A DNA stretch of 64,000 nucleotides from an uncultured Desulfobacter sp. (GTDB lineage: Bacteria; Desulfobacterota; Desulfobacteria; Desulfobacterales; Desulfobacteraceae), in the NCBI GenBank assembly GCA_963665095.1, contig OY762069.1, positions 6,560,001 through 6,624,000 of the forward strand. The letters are read 5' to 3'. A model generated the notes under the pieces. The model made no database searches. It was given only the letters and a program-made list of their open reading frames with translations, and was not told where the DNA came from. How positions within the stretch are numbered: the first letter of the stretch is position 1; every line of letters starts with the position of its first letter. Positions 8,281-18,842 of this stretch are shown one piece after another. The position numbers and the translations under genes are program-made.

Positions 8281-9471
8281 ATGAAGGTTTTCAAACGCAT
8301 ACATACCTACCTGTTTTTTGAGCTTGTGCCCCCATTTGTCATCAGCGTCTTTTTTCTGACCTCGGTGTTTCTGATGACGCGGATTCCTAAAATTACCAGC
8401 ATGGTGGTCAACTTCAACACCAGTGTGCTGGATGTGGTTTTTCTGATCTCATGTACCCTGCCGCGGTTCATGGAGTTTACCATTCCCATGTCTGCCATGA
8501 TTTCCGTGCTCTTAACCACCATGCGCATGTCCGGAGAAAATGAGATCATAGCCCTTAAAGGGGCCGGGATGTCTTTGTATAAACTGCTGCCGCCGATACT
8601 TATCTTCAGTATAATTACCCTGATGATAACCATGTGGATGACGGTCTATGGAAATCCTGAAAGTAAAATTGCGCTAAGGAAGAAAACGGTGGAGCTGGCA
8701 CGATCCAGCATTAATGCCGCCCTGCAGGAGCGCCAGTTTAACACCGAGCTTGACAGGGTCATGATCTATATGGCCCATGTGGACATGAAAACCAAGGATA
8801 TGACAGACGTGTTTATTGAAGACCGCAGAACAGCAGGCATGGTATCCATATCCACAGCCCCGAAGGGCCGGATGGTCACCCTGGAAAATGACGATGTCTT
8901 CACCATCCGTCTCTATGACGGCATGATCAATCAGGTCAATGTCCGTGACCATTCCGTGACCAACATAAATTTCAAACATTATGATATTAATATTGACCTT
9001 GCCACCATGCAGAAAAGCGGAAGGGCGAAATTAGGGGGGGATCTGGATGAAATGGGTCCGCGTGAACTGATTCAACGCATCCGGTCAGGGTTTAAATCCA
9101 GGGAGATGGAAAATGAGGCACGCCTCATCCTCCATGAAAAGTTCTCCATTCCCTTTGCCTGCCTGTTTTTAGGGGTTCTGGCATTTCCCCTGGGCATTCA
9201 GTCCATGTCTCTGCGCAAATCTTCCGGATTCAGTATGGGGATCGGCTTTTTTCTGCTCTATTACCTGCTGCTGGCACTGGGCTGGTCCGGTGGAGAGGCC
9301 GGCCATTATCCGCCATTTATCGCCATGTGGCTGCCCAATGTGGTTATGGGCGGGGCCGGTATTTTTCTTCTGGTCAGAAATGCCAAAGAACGGCCTGTCC
9401 ATCTGCCTGTGTGGCTGCAGCGGTTGCCTTTGGCTGTAACAGATTGCCTTAAAAGAAGGGTAGGTTCGTGA
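8281..9471 (+). CDS. lptF: LPS export ABC permease LptF
   Basis: RMSGENEIIALKGAGMS and a 6-TM YjgP/Q architecture; first of the pair. Confidence 0.92.
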   Translation: MKVFKRIHTYLFFELVPPFVISVFFLTSVFLMTRIPKITSMVVNFNTSVLDVVFLISCTLPRFMEFTIPMSAMISVLLTTMRMSGENEIIALKGAGMSLYKLLPPILIFSIITLMITMWMTVYGNPESKIALRKKTVELARSSINAALQERQFNTELDRVMIYMAHVDMKTKDMTDVFIEDRRTAGMVSISTAPKGRMVTLENDDVFTIRLYDGMINQVNVRDHSVTNINFKHYDINIDLATMQKSGRAKLGGDLDEMGPRELIQRIRSGFKSREMENEARLILHEKFSIPFACLFLGVLAFPLGIQSMSLRKSSGFSMGIGFFLLYYLLLALGWSGGEAGHYPPFIAMWLPNVVMGGAGIFLLVRNAKERPVHLPVWLQRLPLAVTDCLKRRVGS

Positions 9472-10547
9472 TCAAATGTCTGCATAAGTACTGGGGCAGG
9501 GAATTTATCCGGATGTTTTCCATTATCCAGGCTGTTGTGATGGTCCTTTTTATTTTTATCGACTATCTGTCCAATATGGATAAAATGCTGGAATACGAGG
9601 TCTCATTTTGCCGGGGGTTGTGGTATGTGCTGCTCAAGCTGCCCTATATGTTTGTCCAGCTCACCCCGGCCGGGCTGCTTTTAGCCGTTATCGCCGTATT
9701 TGGTATCATGAGCCGGAATGGTGAACTCACGGCCCTTAAGTCATCGGGTATATCGGTGTATTTTCTGGTGGTTCCGGCACTCCTGGCCGGCTGTGTGCTG
9801 GCCTTTGTCATGCTGCTGCTTGGTGAAACCCTGATCCCTGTTTCCATGGCCCGTTCCAATTACATCCGAAACCATGATATGACCAGGAGCAAAGGTATTG
9901 TCCGCAACCAGAGAGATATCTGGATCCGTTCGGAGAACACCCTGGTGCATATTGATTTTTTTGATCCTGAACAAAAGACAGTGGCCGGCACCACCTTAAC
10001 CACCATGGGAAAGGGATTCAAGATAAAGTCCCGCATTGATGCCGTTAAAGGCCACTATGAAAACGGGGTATGGCGCCTGGAGGATGTGACCGAACAGGTA
10101 TATGAGCCGGCACAGGAGGATTATCAGGTGTTTATTTTGCCCCATAAGGATGTGGCCATTGATATCGAGCCCGAGGACCTTGGCCGCATGACGCCGAAAA
10201 CTAATGAAATGAGCTATTTTCAATTAAAGGACTATGTAAAAAAGGTGACGGACGAAGGGTATGATGCCACCACCTATCGGGTGGATATGCATGGAAAGCT
10301 ATCGTTTCCCTTTATCTGCGTGATCATGGCACTGGTCGGGGCCGCCACCGGCATGCGCAATTTTGTCAAAACCAATCTGCCCGCAGGTATTGCCGTGGGA
10401 GTGGGTTTTTGTTTTCTGTACTGGTTTGTATTTGGATTTACCGCATCCCTTGGCTATGCCCGGATTCTACCGCCGGTGATGGCGGCCTGGGCCGGTAATG
10501 TGGTGTTTCTGTGTCTGGGATCCATTTATCTGATTCAGACCGAATAA
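9468..10547 (+). CDS. lptG: LPS export ABC permease LptG
   Basis: MSRNGELTALKSSGIS, PEDL...EMSY..L, LPPVMAAW. Confidence 0.92.
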   Translation: MIKCLHKYWGREFIRMFSIIQAVVMVLFIFIDYLSNMDKMLEYEVSFCRGLWYVLLKLPYMFVQLTPAGLLLAVIAVFGIMSRNGELTALKSSGISVYFLVVPALLAGCVLAFVMLLLGETLIPVSMARSNYIRNHDMTRSKGIVRNQRDIWIRSENTLVHIDFFDPEQKTVAGTTLTTMGKGFKIKSRIDAVKGHYENGVWRLEDVTEQVYEPAQEDYQVFILPHKDVAIDIEPEDLGRMTPKTNEMSYFQLKDYVKKVTDEGYDATTYRVDMHGKLSFPFICVIMALVGAATGMRNFVKTNLPAGIAVGVGFCFLYWFVFGFTASLGYARILPPVMAAWAGNVVFLCLGSIYLIQTE

Positions 10548-10676
10548 CAGTACCGGTCTGGCCGGGTCTTAGTTCCCCGGATCAACCCGCAGCAGGAAAT
10601 GCTATGGATTTAATAAGTTATTGGGACTTTTAATTCAATTAAGGATAGACAATCCTGGTGTACATGGAGGTATTTT

Positions 10677-11828
10677 TTGTCTGAGTCCTGGCTGAACAGG
10701 CTTGAAAAGAGGGTGATGCAGGCCATGGAAAATCCTGACCCTCCGGCCCCCTTTTCATGTGAACAGTTTCTGGCCGGCTGTGCAAAGGGCTATGAAGCAG
10801 GGGTCAGACTGCGTTTTGCATTGTATGACACAGGTGTTCTCAAGCCCGTACGTCTGGGTATCCCGGTAATTTCCATTGGCAACCTGGCCGTGGGCGGCTC
10901 GGGTAAAACCCCCATGGCCGTCTATCTGTCCAGAATGCTGGTTGAAAAGGGGCTTAATCCCGTGGTGGTCTCCCGGGGCTACAGGGGATCTCTTGGAAAG
11001 GCGTGCTGCGTGGTTGGGGATGGCCGGGATGTGTATACAGATGCCAGTGTGAGCGGGGACGAGCCTTTTATGATGGCCATGGAAAAGGCATTTCCAGTGG
11101 TTGCCGGCAGAGATCGGGAAAAAGCCGGACAGCTGGCCATTGATACCTTTCATCCGGATGTAATTATTCTGGATGACGGGTTCCAGCGGCTTGCTCTGGC
11201 CCGGAGCCTCAACCTGGTGCTTATGGACTGTGATAATCCCCTTGGAAACCGGCGTCTGCTGCCGGCCGGCCGCCTGCGTGAGACCCTGTCCATGGCCCGG
11301 GACCGGATTGACGGCGTGGTGTTCACACGCTGTCCTCTGCCGGGAGCCCAACCATTTGCTAAAACCGGCCAGGTACAGGAAATTATAAATGAGCTGGGTG
11401 CTGTGCCTGTGTTTTATTGCCGGAATGAGCCCTTTATAGCCGGTTTTTTTCCGGGAGTAGACAAGGATAATACCGCTTTGGACCCTAGGGGGCTGAAAGG
11501 AAAAACAGCCCTGCTTTATTCCGGGCTTGCAAGAAATCTTTCATTTAGGCGAACCGTTCAGGATCTGGGTGTAAACATCGCCGGTCACCTTGAATTTCAG
11601 GACCATTACAGGTATAAGAAGGCCGATTTTTCTTTGATTCAGGCCCGGGCAAAGGCCCTGAACGCAGACCTTGTTCTGACAACCCAGAAAGACTGGGTAA
11701 AGGCGGAGCCTGCCGATTTTTCCGATGTGGATCTTGCCGTCATTGGTATACGGCCGGCATTTAACGAACCCGGGGCCTTTGAGCGGTTTGTTCTGGATAA
11801 AGCGTTTGATAAGGAATATCCATCCTGA
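10677..11828 (+). CDS. lpxK: tetraacyldisaccharide 4'-kinase
   Basis: ISIGNLAVGGSGKTP, SRGY, GDEP, LDDGFQ, LLPAGRLRE, DHY, TQKDWVK. GGAGG precedes the TTG. Confidence 0.96.
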   Translation: MSESWLNRLEKRVMQAMENPDPPAPFSCEQFLAGCAKGYEAGVRLRFALYDTGVLKPVRLGIPVISIGNLAVGGSGKTPMAVYLSRMLVEKGLNPVVVSRGYRGSLGKACCVVGDGRDVYTDASVSGDEPFMMAMEKAFPVVAGRDREKAGQLAIDTFHPDVIILDDGFQRLALARSLNLVLMDCDNPLGNRRLLPAGRLRETLSMARDRIDGVVFTRCPLPGAQPFAKTGQVQEIINELGAVPVFYCRNEPFIAGFFPGVDKDNTALDPRGLKGKTALLYSGLARNLSFRRTVQDLGVNIAGHLEFQDHYRYKKADFSLIQARAKALNADLVLTTQKDWVKAEPADFSDVDLAVIGIRPAFNEPGAFERFVLDKAFDKEYPS

Positions 11829-12589
11829 TGCAGCTGTCGGTGACTATCATTACAAAGAACGAAGAGGCAAATATCAGGCGCTGTCTTGATTCTGTCAGGT
11901 TTGCCCATGAGATTGTGGTCCTTGATTCCGGATCCGGGGATGACACTGTCAGAATCTGTGAAGATTTCGGGTGTCGGGTATTCTCTGTGCCCTGGCAGGG
12001 CTTCGGACTGACCAAACAGGCCGCTGTGGATGCAGCCTCCTGTGACTGGGTGCTTTCTGTGGATGCGGATGAAGAACTGTCTTCCGACCTTCAGAACCGC
12101 CTTAAAACCATGGATGCCCCCAAAGCCGTTCACGGGTTTACCATACAGAGAAAAACCTTTTATCTCGGGCGTCCCATCCGGTTTTCCGGCTGGGGCAGCG
12201 ATGCGCCCCTGCGCCTTTTTAGAAAGAGCAAAGGCGGATTTACCCGGGATATCGTTCATGAAAAAGTTGTGGTTACAGGAAAAACTGGCATCATGAAGGA
12301 ATGCATGTATCATTACTCATATCCAACTGTAAGCTCCCATCTGAAAAAAATTGATCACTATACCACCCTTGGCGCGGAAAAACTGGCGGAAAAAGGGAAA
12401 AACGCCGGCCCGGTCACTGCCGTTTTTCGTGGCCTTTTCAAATCGTTTCAGATGTATATCCTGAAGCTGGGACTCCTTGACGGGAAAGAGGGGTTTACAC
12501 TGGCAATGATTTCAGGTTTCGGGGTTTATATTAAATACATCAAGCTGTGGGAATATCTGCGTGCAGGCAGCCCCGGAGGTACTGAATGA
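11828..12589 (+). CDS. GT2 LPS core glycosyltransferase (WaaE/KdtX-like)
   Basis: IITKNEE.NI..CL.SV, DSGS.D.T, WVLSVDADE, VHE, GLLDGKEG. Confidence 0.9.
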   Translation: MQLSVTIITKNEEANIRRCLDSVRFAHEIVVLDSGSGDDTVRICEDFGCRVFSVPWQGFGLTKQAAVDAASCDWVLSVDADEELSSDLQNRLKTMDAPKAVHGFTIQRKTFYLGRPIRFSGWGSDAPLRLFRKSKGGFTRDIVHEKVVVTGKTGIMKECMYHYSYPTVSSHLKKIDHYTTLGAEKLAEKGKNAGPVTAVFRGLFKSFQMYILKLGLLDGKEGFTLAMISGFGVYIKYIKLWEYLRAGSPGGTE

Positions 12590-13623
12590 GGATATTGGTC
12601 GTCAAGCTCGGGGCGTTGGGCGATGTGATCAATACACTTCCCCTGGCCGCTGTACTGAAGCAGATGCCTGGCTGCACCATAGACTGGCTGGTGGAGCCTT
12701 TATCTATGCCCCTGGTGTCATCCCACAGGGCTGTTGACAGGGTTATCGTATTTCATCATACTGCGGCGTCGGCCTTTTCAGTCATCCGGACCATACGGAA
12801 AACCCGGTATGATCTGGTTCTTGATCTCCAGCGCATTTTAAAATCCGGGCTTTTTACCCTGCTGGCACGCACCAGCAGACGCATCGGCTTTGACCGGAAA
12901 CGATGCAAGGAGATGACATGGTTTCTGCCCTTTGACCGCATACGGCCAAAGAATCCCCGTGCCCACATGCTGGATCAGTACCTGGAATTTGCAAAACACC
13001 TGGGGCTTAAACCCGGTTTCCCTGTCTGGGATATTCCAAGAACAGGCAGCCTGCCGGTCCCCCTCCCCAATACCTATGTTGTTTTAAATATCGGGGCCAC
13101 AAAACCGGCAAATCTCTGGGATCCTGAGCGGTTTGCGGAGCTTGCCCAGAAAATATGGGAGGGTTTGGGATTTCCCTGCGTTATCACAGGCGGCCCTGCA
13201 GACACGTCAAGGGCTGCCCGGATACTTGCCTGCTACGCTTCTCATGTATCGAATCTCACCGGCCAGACCACACTGCCTGAGCTTGTGGAAGTCATTGGAC
13301 ATGCCCGGGCTGTCATCAGCTGTGATACAGGCCCCATGCACCTGGCATCTGCTTTGAATATCCCTCTGGTCGCCCTGTTCGGCCCGTCAGATCCCCGTCG
13401 TACCGGTCCTTACCGGGGAAGGGTGATCCGGGGAACCGCACCCTGTGTCCCCTGCAACAGGAAGCGCTGCAGCACCACAGAGTGCATGCGGTCCATCACC
13501 CCGGACATGGTGGTAAGTGAACTTGCAAAGGAGATAGCCGTAGAAAATGTCATCAGGACAGTTCAGGTCGGAAAAAAATTACCTGGAAAGGGTACTTGGC
13601 GGCCGGGAAAAAAGCCGGCTTAA
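12586..13623 (+). CDS. GT9 ADP-heptose:LPS heptosyltransferase
   Basis: KLGALGDV, DLQ..LKS, DTGPMHLA, LFGP. Confidence 0.9.
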   Translation: MRILVVKLGALGDVINTLPLAAVLKQMPGCTIDWLVEPLSMPLVSSHRAVDRVIVFHHTAASAFSVIRTIRKTRYDLVLDLQRILKSGLFTLLARTSRRIGFDRKRCKEMTWFLPFDRIRPKNPRAHMLDQYLEFAKHLGLKPGFPVWDIPRTGSLPVPLPNTYVVLNIGATKPANLWDPERFAELAQKIWEGLGFPCVITGGPADTSRAARILACYASHVSNLTGQTTLPELVEVIGHARAVISCDTGPMHLASALNIPLVALFGPSDPRRTGPYRGRVIRGTAPCVPCNRKRCSTTECMRSITPDMVVSELAKEIAVENVIRTVQVGKKLPGKGTWRPGKKPA

Positions 13624-14358
13624 CAGTTCCGGCAGCCTGTGTTTGACAACGGCTCTGTTCCAGCGTTTCCTGTATTGTCTGAAAAGAAGTTCCGGCTGTA
13701 TGTTTTGGGGGCAGGCCTTGTCAAAATCAATGAGCCACACCCCTGTATCCCCTTCGTCTTCATGATTCTGCCCGTTCTCACTACCCTGCCTGATGAGTAC
13801 GTTTCCGGGGTGCAGATCGGCATGCACCATGCCATTTTGGATCAGAATCTCAATCTGGGCCATGACACGGGGCATGATCGCTTCGGCCTTTTCTGCATCC
13901 CGTAAAGAGAGGGCTGCAAGGGTCTCTGCCGATGGGACCAGTCTTGTCACAAGCCAGCATCGGTACCAGAAGTGTCCCTGCTCCACAAATCCAAGGGGCT
14001 CAGGTGCGTTTATCCCCATCTTCCTGGCAAGATTTAGCATGGTAAATTCCAATTGAGCCCGGCTTTCCCCGGAGATCCGGAAATACCTGTCCCGGACAAG
14101 AAAACGGAACAGGCCGCCCCGCCGGAATGGCTTTACCACCATTCGCTCTTCTCCCGGGATCTGGAAAATTTTCACTGAAGACCGTCCCCCAAGCGCCGGC
14201 CTGTCAGCCAGCTGACCGCTTTTATCCGTTCTTTTTTTCTTTACCAGGTTTAATAAAATCTGCCTGTAACCGTCCGCTCCTGACTGACCGGACCATCCGA
14301 TCCTGAACCCGGGATAGGCATCATCAGATATGATTTTAATTTCTTGACCTTTATTCAT
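13579..14358 (-). CDS. Kdo kinase-like lipopolysaccharide kinase (Kdo/WaaP family)
   Basis: GGR, K.FRRGG, SRA..EF, HADLHPGNVL, VWLIDFDK. Confidence 0.85.
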   Translation of the reverse strand: MNKGQEIKIISDDAYPGFRIGWSGQSGADGYRQILLNLVKKKRTDKSGQLADRPALGGRSSVKIFQIPGEERMVVKPFRRGGLFRFLVRDRYFRISGESRAQLEFTMLNLARKMGINAPEPLGFVEQGHFWYRCWLVTRLVPSAETLAALSLRDAEKAEAIMPRVMAQIEILIQNGMVHADLHPGNVLIRQGSENGQNHEDEGDTGVWLIDFDKACPQNIQPELLFRQYRKRWNRAVVKHRLPELLSRLFSRPPSTLSR

Positions 14359-15379
14359 GGCGGCCATCCCACATCGTTAGAACCTGCCTGCAGCCATCAA
14401 GCACCTTTTCCGGGTCAGTTCGCATACAGGCCTCAGTGCCATTGGGGCAGGCCCGGTGTCCATGGTCACCGCAGGGTCTGCAGTCAAGCCCCCTTTGTTC
14501 CACAATGATTGAAAAGGGGTTCTGCCAGGGTCCGAATCCGAATTCAGGCACTGTGGAGCAGAAAACGGCAACCGTGGGGCGTTTTGCAGCCGAAGCCATG
14601 TGCATGGCCATGCTGTCATTGGTTACAATTAGTTGTGACCGGCTCATAAGGAAAAAAGTTTCAGGCAGGGAGAGCCGGCCTGAAAAATCCACGGCACTGC
14701 CTTTGTCAGCAATTTCCCGGCATGTATCGGTTTCATCCGGTCCCCCAATCAGTAATACCCGTACCCCCATGGTGTCAAGCAGGGTGGAGAGACGGGCAAA
14801 CCCCTGCCAGTACCATTTTTTGGTTTCCCATGCACTGCCGGGTGCCAGGACAGCATAGGGTCCGGGCTTTGACGTCTCAGCCAAAACCGGGGATGACACC
14901 TTGGTTTTATCAGGGGCAAAAAGTGTCATTTCAGGACCTGCTGCATGGGGGTCTGAAAGGGTTTTTACCAGGGAGAGGTTTCTTAAGACCGCATGATGTC
15001 CCTTGCCCAGACGTTTTATTCGTTGGGAATAAAGAAACGACAAGCTGGCATCTGAAAATCCTATGCGTTTTGAAATTGCCGCAAGGAATAACACCAGAGA
15101 GGTCCTGTAAGACCTGTGCAGGGAATAGACCATGTCAAATTGCTTTTGCCTCAGTTCTGCCGCCTTTTTAAGGATGCCTGAAACGCCTTTTTCCCGACCC
15201 CGCTTGTCAAACACGATTATATCGGAAATATCAGGATCCGATGCCATGAGCGGTGCTGCAAGGGGAGTGGTCATCAAGGTCAGCAATGCATCGGGGTATT
15301 GTTCGCGGATGGCCCGTATTACCGGTGTTGAAAGAATCATGTCCCCGAGAAAACTGCATTGCACAATTAAGATTTTCAT
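14351..15379 (-). CDS. waaF: heptosyltransferase II-like GT9
   Basis: SFLGDMILSTP, APGSAWETKKW, NDS..MHMASA, FGFGP, CRPC..HG...C. Confidence 0.8.
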   Translation of the reverse strand: MKILIVQCSFLGDMILSTPVIRAIREQYPDALLTLMTTPLAAPLMASDPDISDIIVFDKRGREKGVSGILKKAAELRQKQFDMVYSLHRSYRTSLVLFLAAISKRIGFSDASLSFLYSQRIKRLGKGHHAVLRNLSLVKTLSDPHAAGPEMTLFAPDKTKVSSPVLAETSKPGPYAVLAPGSAWETKKWYWQGFARLSTLLDTMGVRVLLIGGPDETDTCREIADKGSAVDFSGRLSLPETFFLMSRSQLIVTNDSMAMHMASAAKRPTVAVFCSTVPEFGFGPWQNPFSIIVEQRGLDCRPCGDHGHRACPNGTEACMRTDPEKVLDGCRQVLTMWDGRHE

Positions 15380-16419
15380 TTTACAGAAGCCCTGTAAATG
15401 TCAAGGTACCGATCCTTGGTATGGTTGATATCAAACCGGGCCAGGGATGCCCTGCCTGCTTCAGCCAGTCGTCTGGCCAAGTCCCTGTCACTGTATAGCC
15501 TTAATATGGCGTTTTCAAGCTGTTCTTCATTTCCCGGTTCCACCAACAGGCCTGTCTTTTTATCCCTGATAAGGTCCGGGATACCGCCTGCCGTGGAACC
15601 AATGACAGGAAGACCGAAATAAAAGGCATCAAGGATGGAAGAGCCTAAACCCTCATCTAAAGAGGGCAAAAGAAACAGGTCAAAACTGGCGTAATAGTCT
15701 CCCACATTGGTTCTGAAGCCGGTAAACTCTATATTGGGACTGTTGGCGGCAAGGGTTTGGAACCATTCTTTGTCCGATCCGTCACCCACAAAGACAAAAT
15801 AAAGGTCGCTGACCTTTTTTGTGAGCTTCAACGCTGTGTTGATAATATGAACCTGCCCTTTGTCTTTGTTTTCCAGTGCCCCCACATGGCCAATAATAAA
15901 TTTTCCACAGTAGCGCTGCTTTAGATTTGCCGCCTGGTTATTGTCCACCTCCAGCCTTGAAAATGAGCTGGGTATCACCGTACAGTTGATATCCGGGGCA
16001 AGTGTGGCGATCACCGAGCGGACATTGCCTGAGATGGCCACTACTTGGGCTGCCGCATGGTAGACACATTGCGAGATCAGCCACTGCTTTGGCTTTTTGG
16101 CAACCCTTCGGGTGAGCACGTAGGGAATTGAAAACAAAAGGTGTGCAGCAAAGGCAAGATGTCCGGCTTTTGCTTCGTGGGCATGAATGAGATCAAATGT
16201 TCGAAGCTGCCATATATTCAGCAGAAACGGTTTGTCTATTTCAATGATGCGGATATCAGGTATCTCCTTCAACGCCTTTGCAAGGCCTGAATTTTTCCTG
16301 ACCATAACTGTCTGGTTGAGATAAGGGGTTAGAGACTGTACCAGAAGAAATGTCTGTCTTTCCCCGCCCCGAAACCCCTTTTGCAAATTGATATGGCAGA
16401 GGCGAATGGGGTTATTCAC
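15376..16419 (-). CDS. GT4 glycosyltransferase
   Basis: FRGGERQ, PSLDEGLGSSILDA, GGIPD. GTG start at 16419 overlaps the upstream stop. Confidence 0.9.
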   Translation of the reverse strand: MNNPIRLCHINLQKGFRGGERQTFLLVQSLTPYLNQTVMVRKNSGLAKALKEIPDIRIIEIDKPFLLNIWQLRTFDLIHAHEAKAGHLAFAAHLLFSIPYVLTRRVAKKPKQWLISQCVYHAAAQVVAISGNVRSVIATLAPDINCTVIPSSFSRLEVDNNQAANLKQRYCGKFIIGHVGALENKDKGQVHIINTALKLTKKVSDLYFVFVGDGSDKEWFQTLAANSPNIEFTGFRTNVGDYYASFDLFLLPSLDEGLGSSILDAFYFGLPVIGSTAGGIPDLIRDKKTGLLVEPGNEEQLENAILRLYSDRDLARRLAEAGRASLARFDINHTKDRYLDIYRASVK

Positions 16420-17560
16420 AGGGCGTTTCCTTTTCGGCTGTTGCAACAGGGCTCTGCACCAACTCCCGGTAAACAGCCATGGTTTTTTCAACGGTTTTTT
16501 CGCATTTAAATTCAGCGGCAATCCTCTCCCGGGCCTTTTGGCCCATTTGCACTCTTTCGGCTGCGTTGTTCTTCAGCCGCAGCACAGCCGTGCTGATGGC
16601 TTGCGGGTCACCGGAAGGGATGATAATGCCACTTTCCTGGTCAACCACAAGTTCCGGACTGCCGCCGGCCCTTGTCACCACTGGCGGTACCCCCTGTACC
16701 ATGGCTTCAATCACTGTTTTAGGAAGGCCTTCTTTGTTTTTCACCGAGGGCAGAACATAGACGTCCACCCCGGCCATCAGGGCTGCGGCATCTTTTCTTA
16801 AGCCGGTAAAATGAACTTTTGCCCGGACAGGTTCCGGCAGGTCTTTGTATGTATCAAGAAGTTCCTGCTGCATATTGCCAACGACCAGAAAGTGGATATC
16901 CGGGTCCTGAATCAGTGATGCTGTCTTTAAAAGCTCCGGAATTCCCTTGGTGTTCCCCTTTCTCATGTTGGCAATGGTCCCTGCCACAAAGGCGTTTTCA
17001 GGGATGCCGAATTGGGTGAGATCTGCCGGCCCTGTTTCATACCATTCCAGGCGATGCCCCTTGTACACGGTGACAAACCGGTCACTGGAAAACCGTACTC
17101 CGGAAAAGCCCAGGGTCAGATAGCTTTGGCGAATGGCTTCAGCCACACAGATGACCCTGTGGATCATGGGATTGAGATAGGTTGCCCAGGAGTAGGGACT
17201 GTAAATCTTTTCCCGGCCGGCAACACCGCGATAGGCCACTCTTTTTACCGGAAGCCCGAAAGAGGCAATCAGTCCGTTGGTGACGGCCCGGTTGTTAAAC
17301 ATGTGGATGATGCCGGCCCGGGTCCGGCACAGGGTTTTTCTTATCTGTCTTATGCCGGATAAATCAGCCTTGCCCCTAAGTTTCAGTGGTGACAGCCTGA
17401 CGCCGTTTTTTTTCATAAGATTAAAATGGGGTGCGTCCTCGGGACACATGACAAGCAGGTCACACCCTTTTCGGGTAAGTCCGATAAATTGATGCGCTTC
17501 TGCAATATCAGAATAATTTGTTACCACCACTACTTTAACGGGTATTTTTTTTTCAGCCAT
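16412..17560 (-). CDS. GT4 glycosyltransferase
   Basis: EGLPKTVIEAM, GGSPELV. ATG 17560 overlaps the ligase stop. Confidence 0.9.
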   Translation of the reverse strand: MAEKKIPVKVVVVTNYSDIAEAHQFIGLTRKGCDLLVMCPEDAPHFNLMKKNGVRLSPLKLRGKADLSGIRQIRKTLCRTRAGIIHMFNNRAVTNGLIASFGLPVKRVAYRGVAGREKIYSPYSWATYLNPMIHRVICVAEAIRQSYLTLGFSGVRFSSDRFVTVYKGHRLEWYETGPADLTQFGIPENAFVAGTIANMRKGNTKGIPELLKTASLIQDPDIHFLVVGNMQQELLDTYKDLPEPVRAKVHFTGLRKDAAALMAGVDVYVLPSVKNKEGLPKTVIEAMVQGVPPVVTRAGGSPELVVDQESGIIIPSGDPQAISTAVLRLKNNAAERVQMGQKARERIAAEFKCEKTVEKTMAVYRELVQSPVATAEKETPCE

Positions 17561-18800
17561 CATGATCGTCATAGTTTCCAAATACAGGGGAGGAAAGTTC
17601 TGGGGACCTGTACGACGTTTCAATAAAACAAGCTGTATACAGGATGATCAGGGCCACAAGTCCGCCATACCGGAAGAGCTCCTCATGGAACATTTGCGAT
17701 GTAAAGGATCCGCAGGTAACGGATATCGCCGTCCATACAACAAGACTGTCTTCAGGTGTCATCATGGGTCGTGCTTTAAATAACCTGAAAAGGAGAAAGA
17801 AGGCAGCACCAAGAAAAAGAGCTGGGAAGATCAAACCACCCTCTACTGCCATTTGAAGAAAACTGCTGTGAAAATTATCGGGAAAATGTTCTAAAATATA
17901 ATTGTAATTTTCCTGGTACGCTTCAGGTTGCTGGGCAATGTATTCCCTGACAAATTTATCGCTGGCCTTTGCGCCGGTTCCCCGAAACCATAACCCTTTA
18001 TCAATGATGAGTTCTGGGGCAAGTGTATACAGTTTCATGCGGATATGGGTTGAATGCTGGCCTATGAGACGTTCCTGAGGACCCTGGGGCAGATTCAGTA
18101 ATAGTAGGGGGAACAGAATTGCCAGGACAATCAAAATCTTACGGCTATATGCCAGAAGGTAGACAATGAGCCCGGCCAGCAGGCCAAGCCAGGCACCTCT
18201 TTCACCTAAAAGGGCGACACTGGCCACAAGGATTATGGTATGGATGGCCAAAAGAAAATATATACCCGTGCGGTCCCTGAAAAAACTCAGCTTTCTGCCG
18301 CCAATGAGAATCCCTGTGTTAAACAGGCACAGGCAGAAAAGCATATCTGAGTTACGTCCGAATTTGTGAAGTCCGTAAAAATTGTAGAAAAGGGAATCTG
18401 ACCCGGCGGATGTGTAGTAACAATAGCCCACATCAAACAGTGCAGCGGCATTCATAAGAATAAAAAGCCGGATCAGGGTTTTACGGTCTGTGACAAAAAG
18501 AAAAAACGGTAAGGGGAGTAACAGAAATCGATACCGGCTCATAAATGCAATACTTGCCTTAGGGCCTGTAAGTGAAAAAAAACTGGCAATAAAACCGACC
18601 GCTACGGGTAAAACCAGGATCAGTACCCAGGCGTTCTGGGAAAAAAGGTTTTTTCTATAAAAAAAAACGAGATAGACCAGGGTTATTAAGCATAAAATCC
18701 CCCAGGAGATGTTGATCGGGGGCTTTGCAATATATATGGCGGCACCGAAAAAAAGAAAAATAAGGGTACCAAAGGTTTTTAGCTTCTCTTCTGAGAACAT
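17553..18800 (-). CDS. O-antigen ligase family protein
   Basis: Multi-TM; ERGAWLG, periplasmic R..LY...GTG...HSSFLQM.VEGG. Confidence 0.85.
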   Translation of the reverse strand: MFSEEKLKTFGTLIFLFFGAAIYIAKPPINISWGILCLITLVYLVFFYRKNLFSQNAWVLILVLPVAVGFIASFFSLTGPKASIAFMSRYRFLLLPLPFFLFVTDRKTLIRLFILMNAAALFDVGYCYYTSAGSDSLFYNFYGLHKFGRNSDMLFCLCLFNTGILIGGRKLSFFRDRTGIYFLLAIHTIILVASVALLGERGAWLGLLAGLIVYLLAYSRKILIVLAILFPLLLLNLPQGPQERLIGQHSTHIRMKLYTLAPELIIDKGLWFRGTGAKASDKFVREYIAQQPEAYQENYNYILEHFPDNFHSSFLQMAVEGGLIFPALFLGAAFFLLFRLFKARPMMTPEDSLVVWTAISVTCGSFTSQMFHEELFRYGGLVALIILYTACFIETSYRSPELSSPVFGNYDDHDG

Positions 18801-18842
18801 TTAGAGATAGTCTCCTGTGTGTTTGAGCTTACAGCTTAAGAT

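Noticed and set aside
17545..18667. 9-nt homopolymer tracts in LPS genes (17545-17553, 18659-18667) as phase-variation switches
   Set aside because: A/T runs of similar length occur elsewhere in the window, and both genes are in frame.
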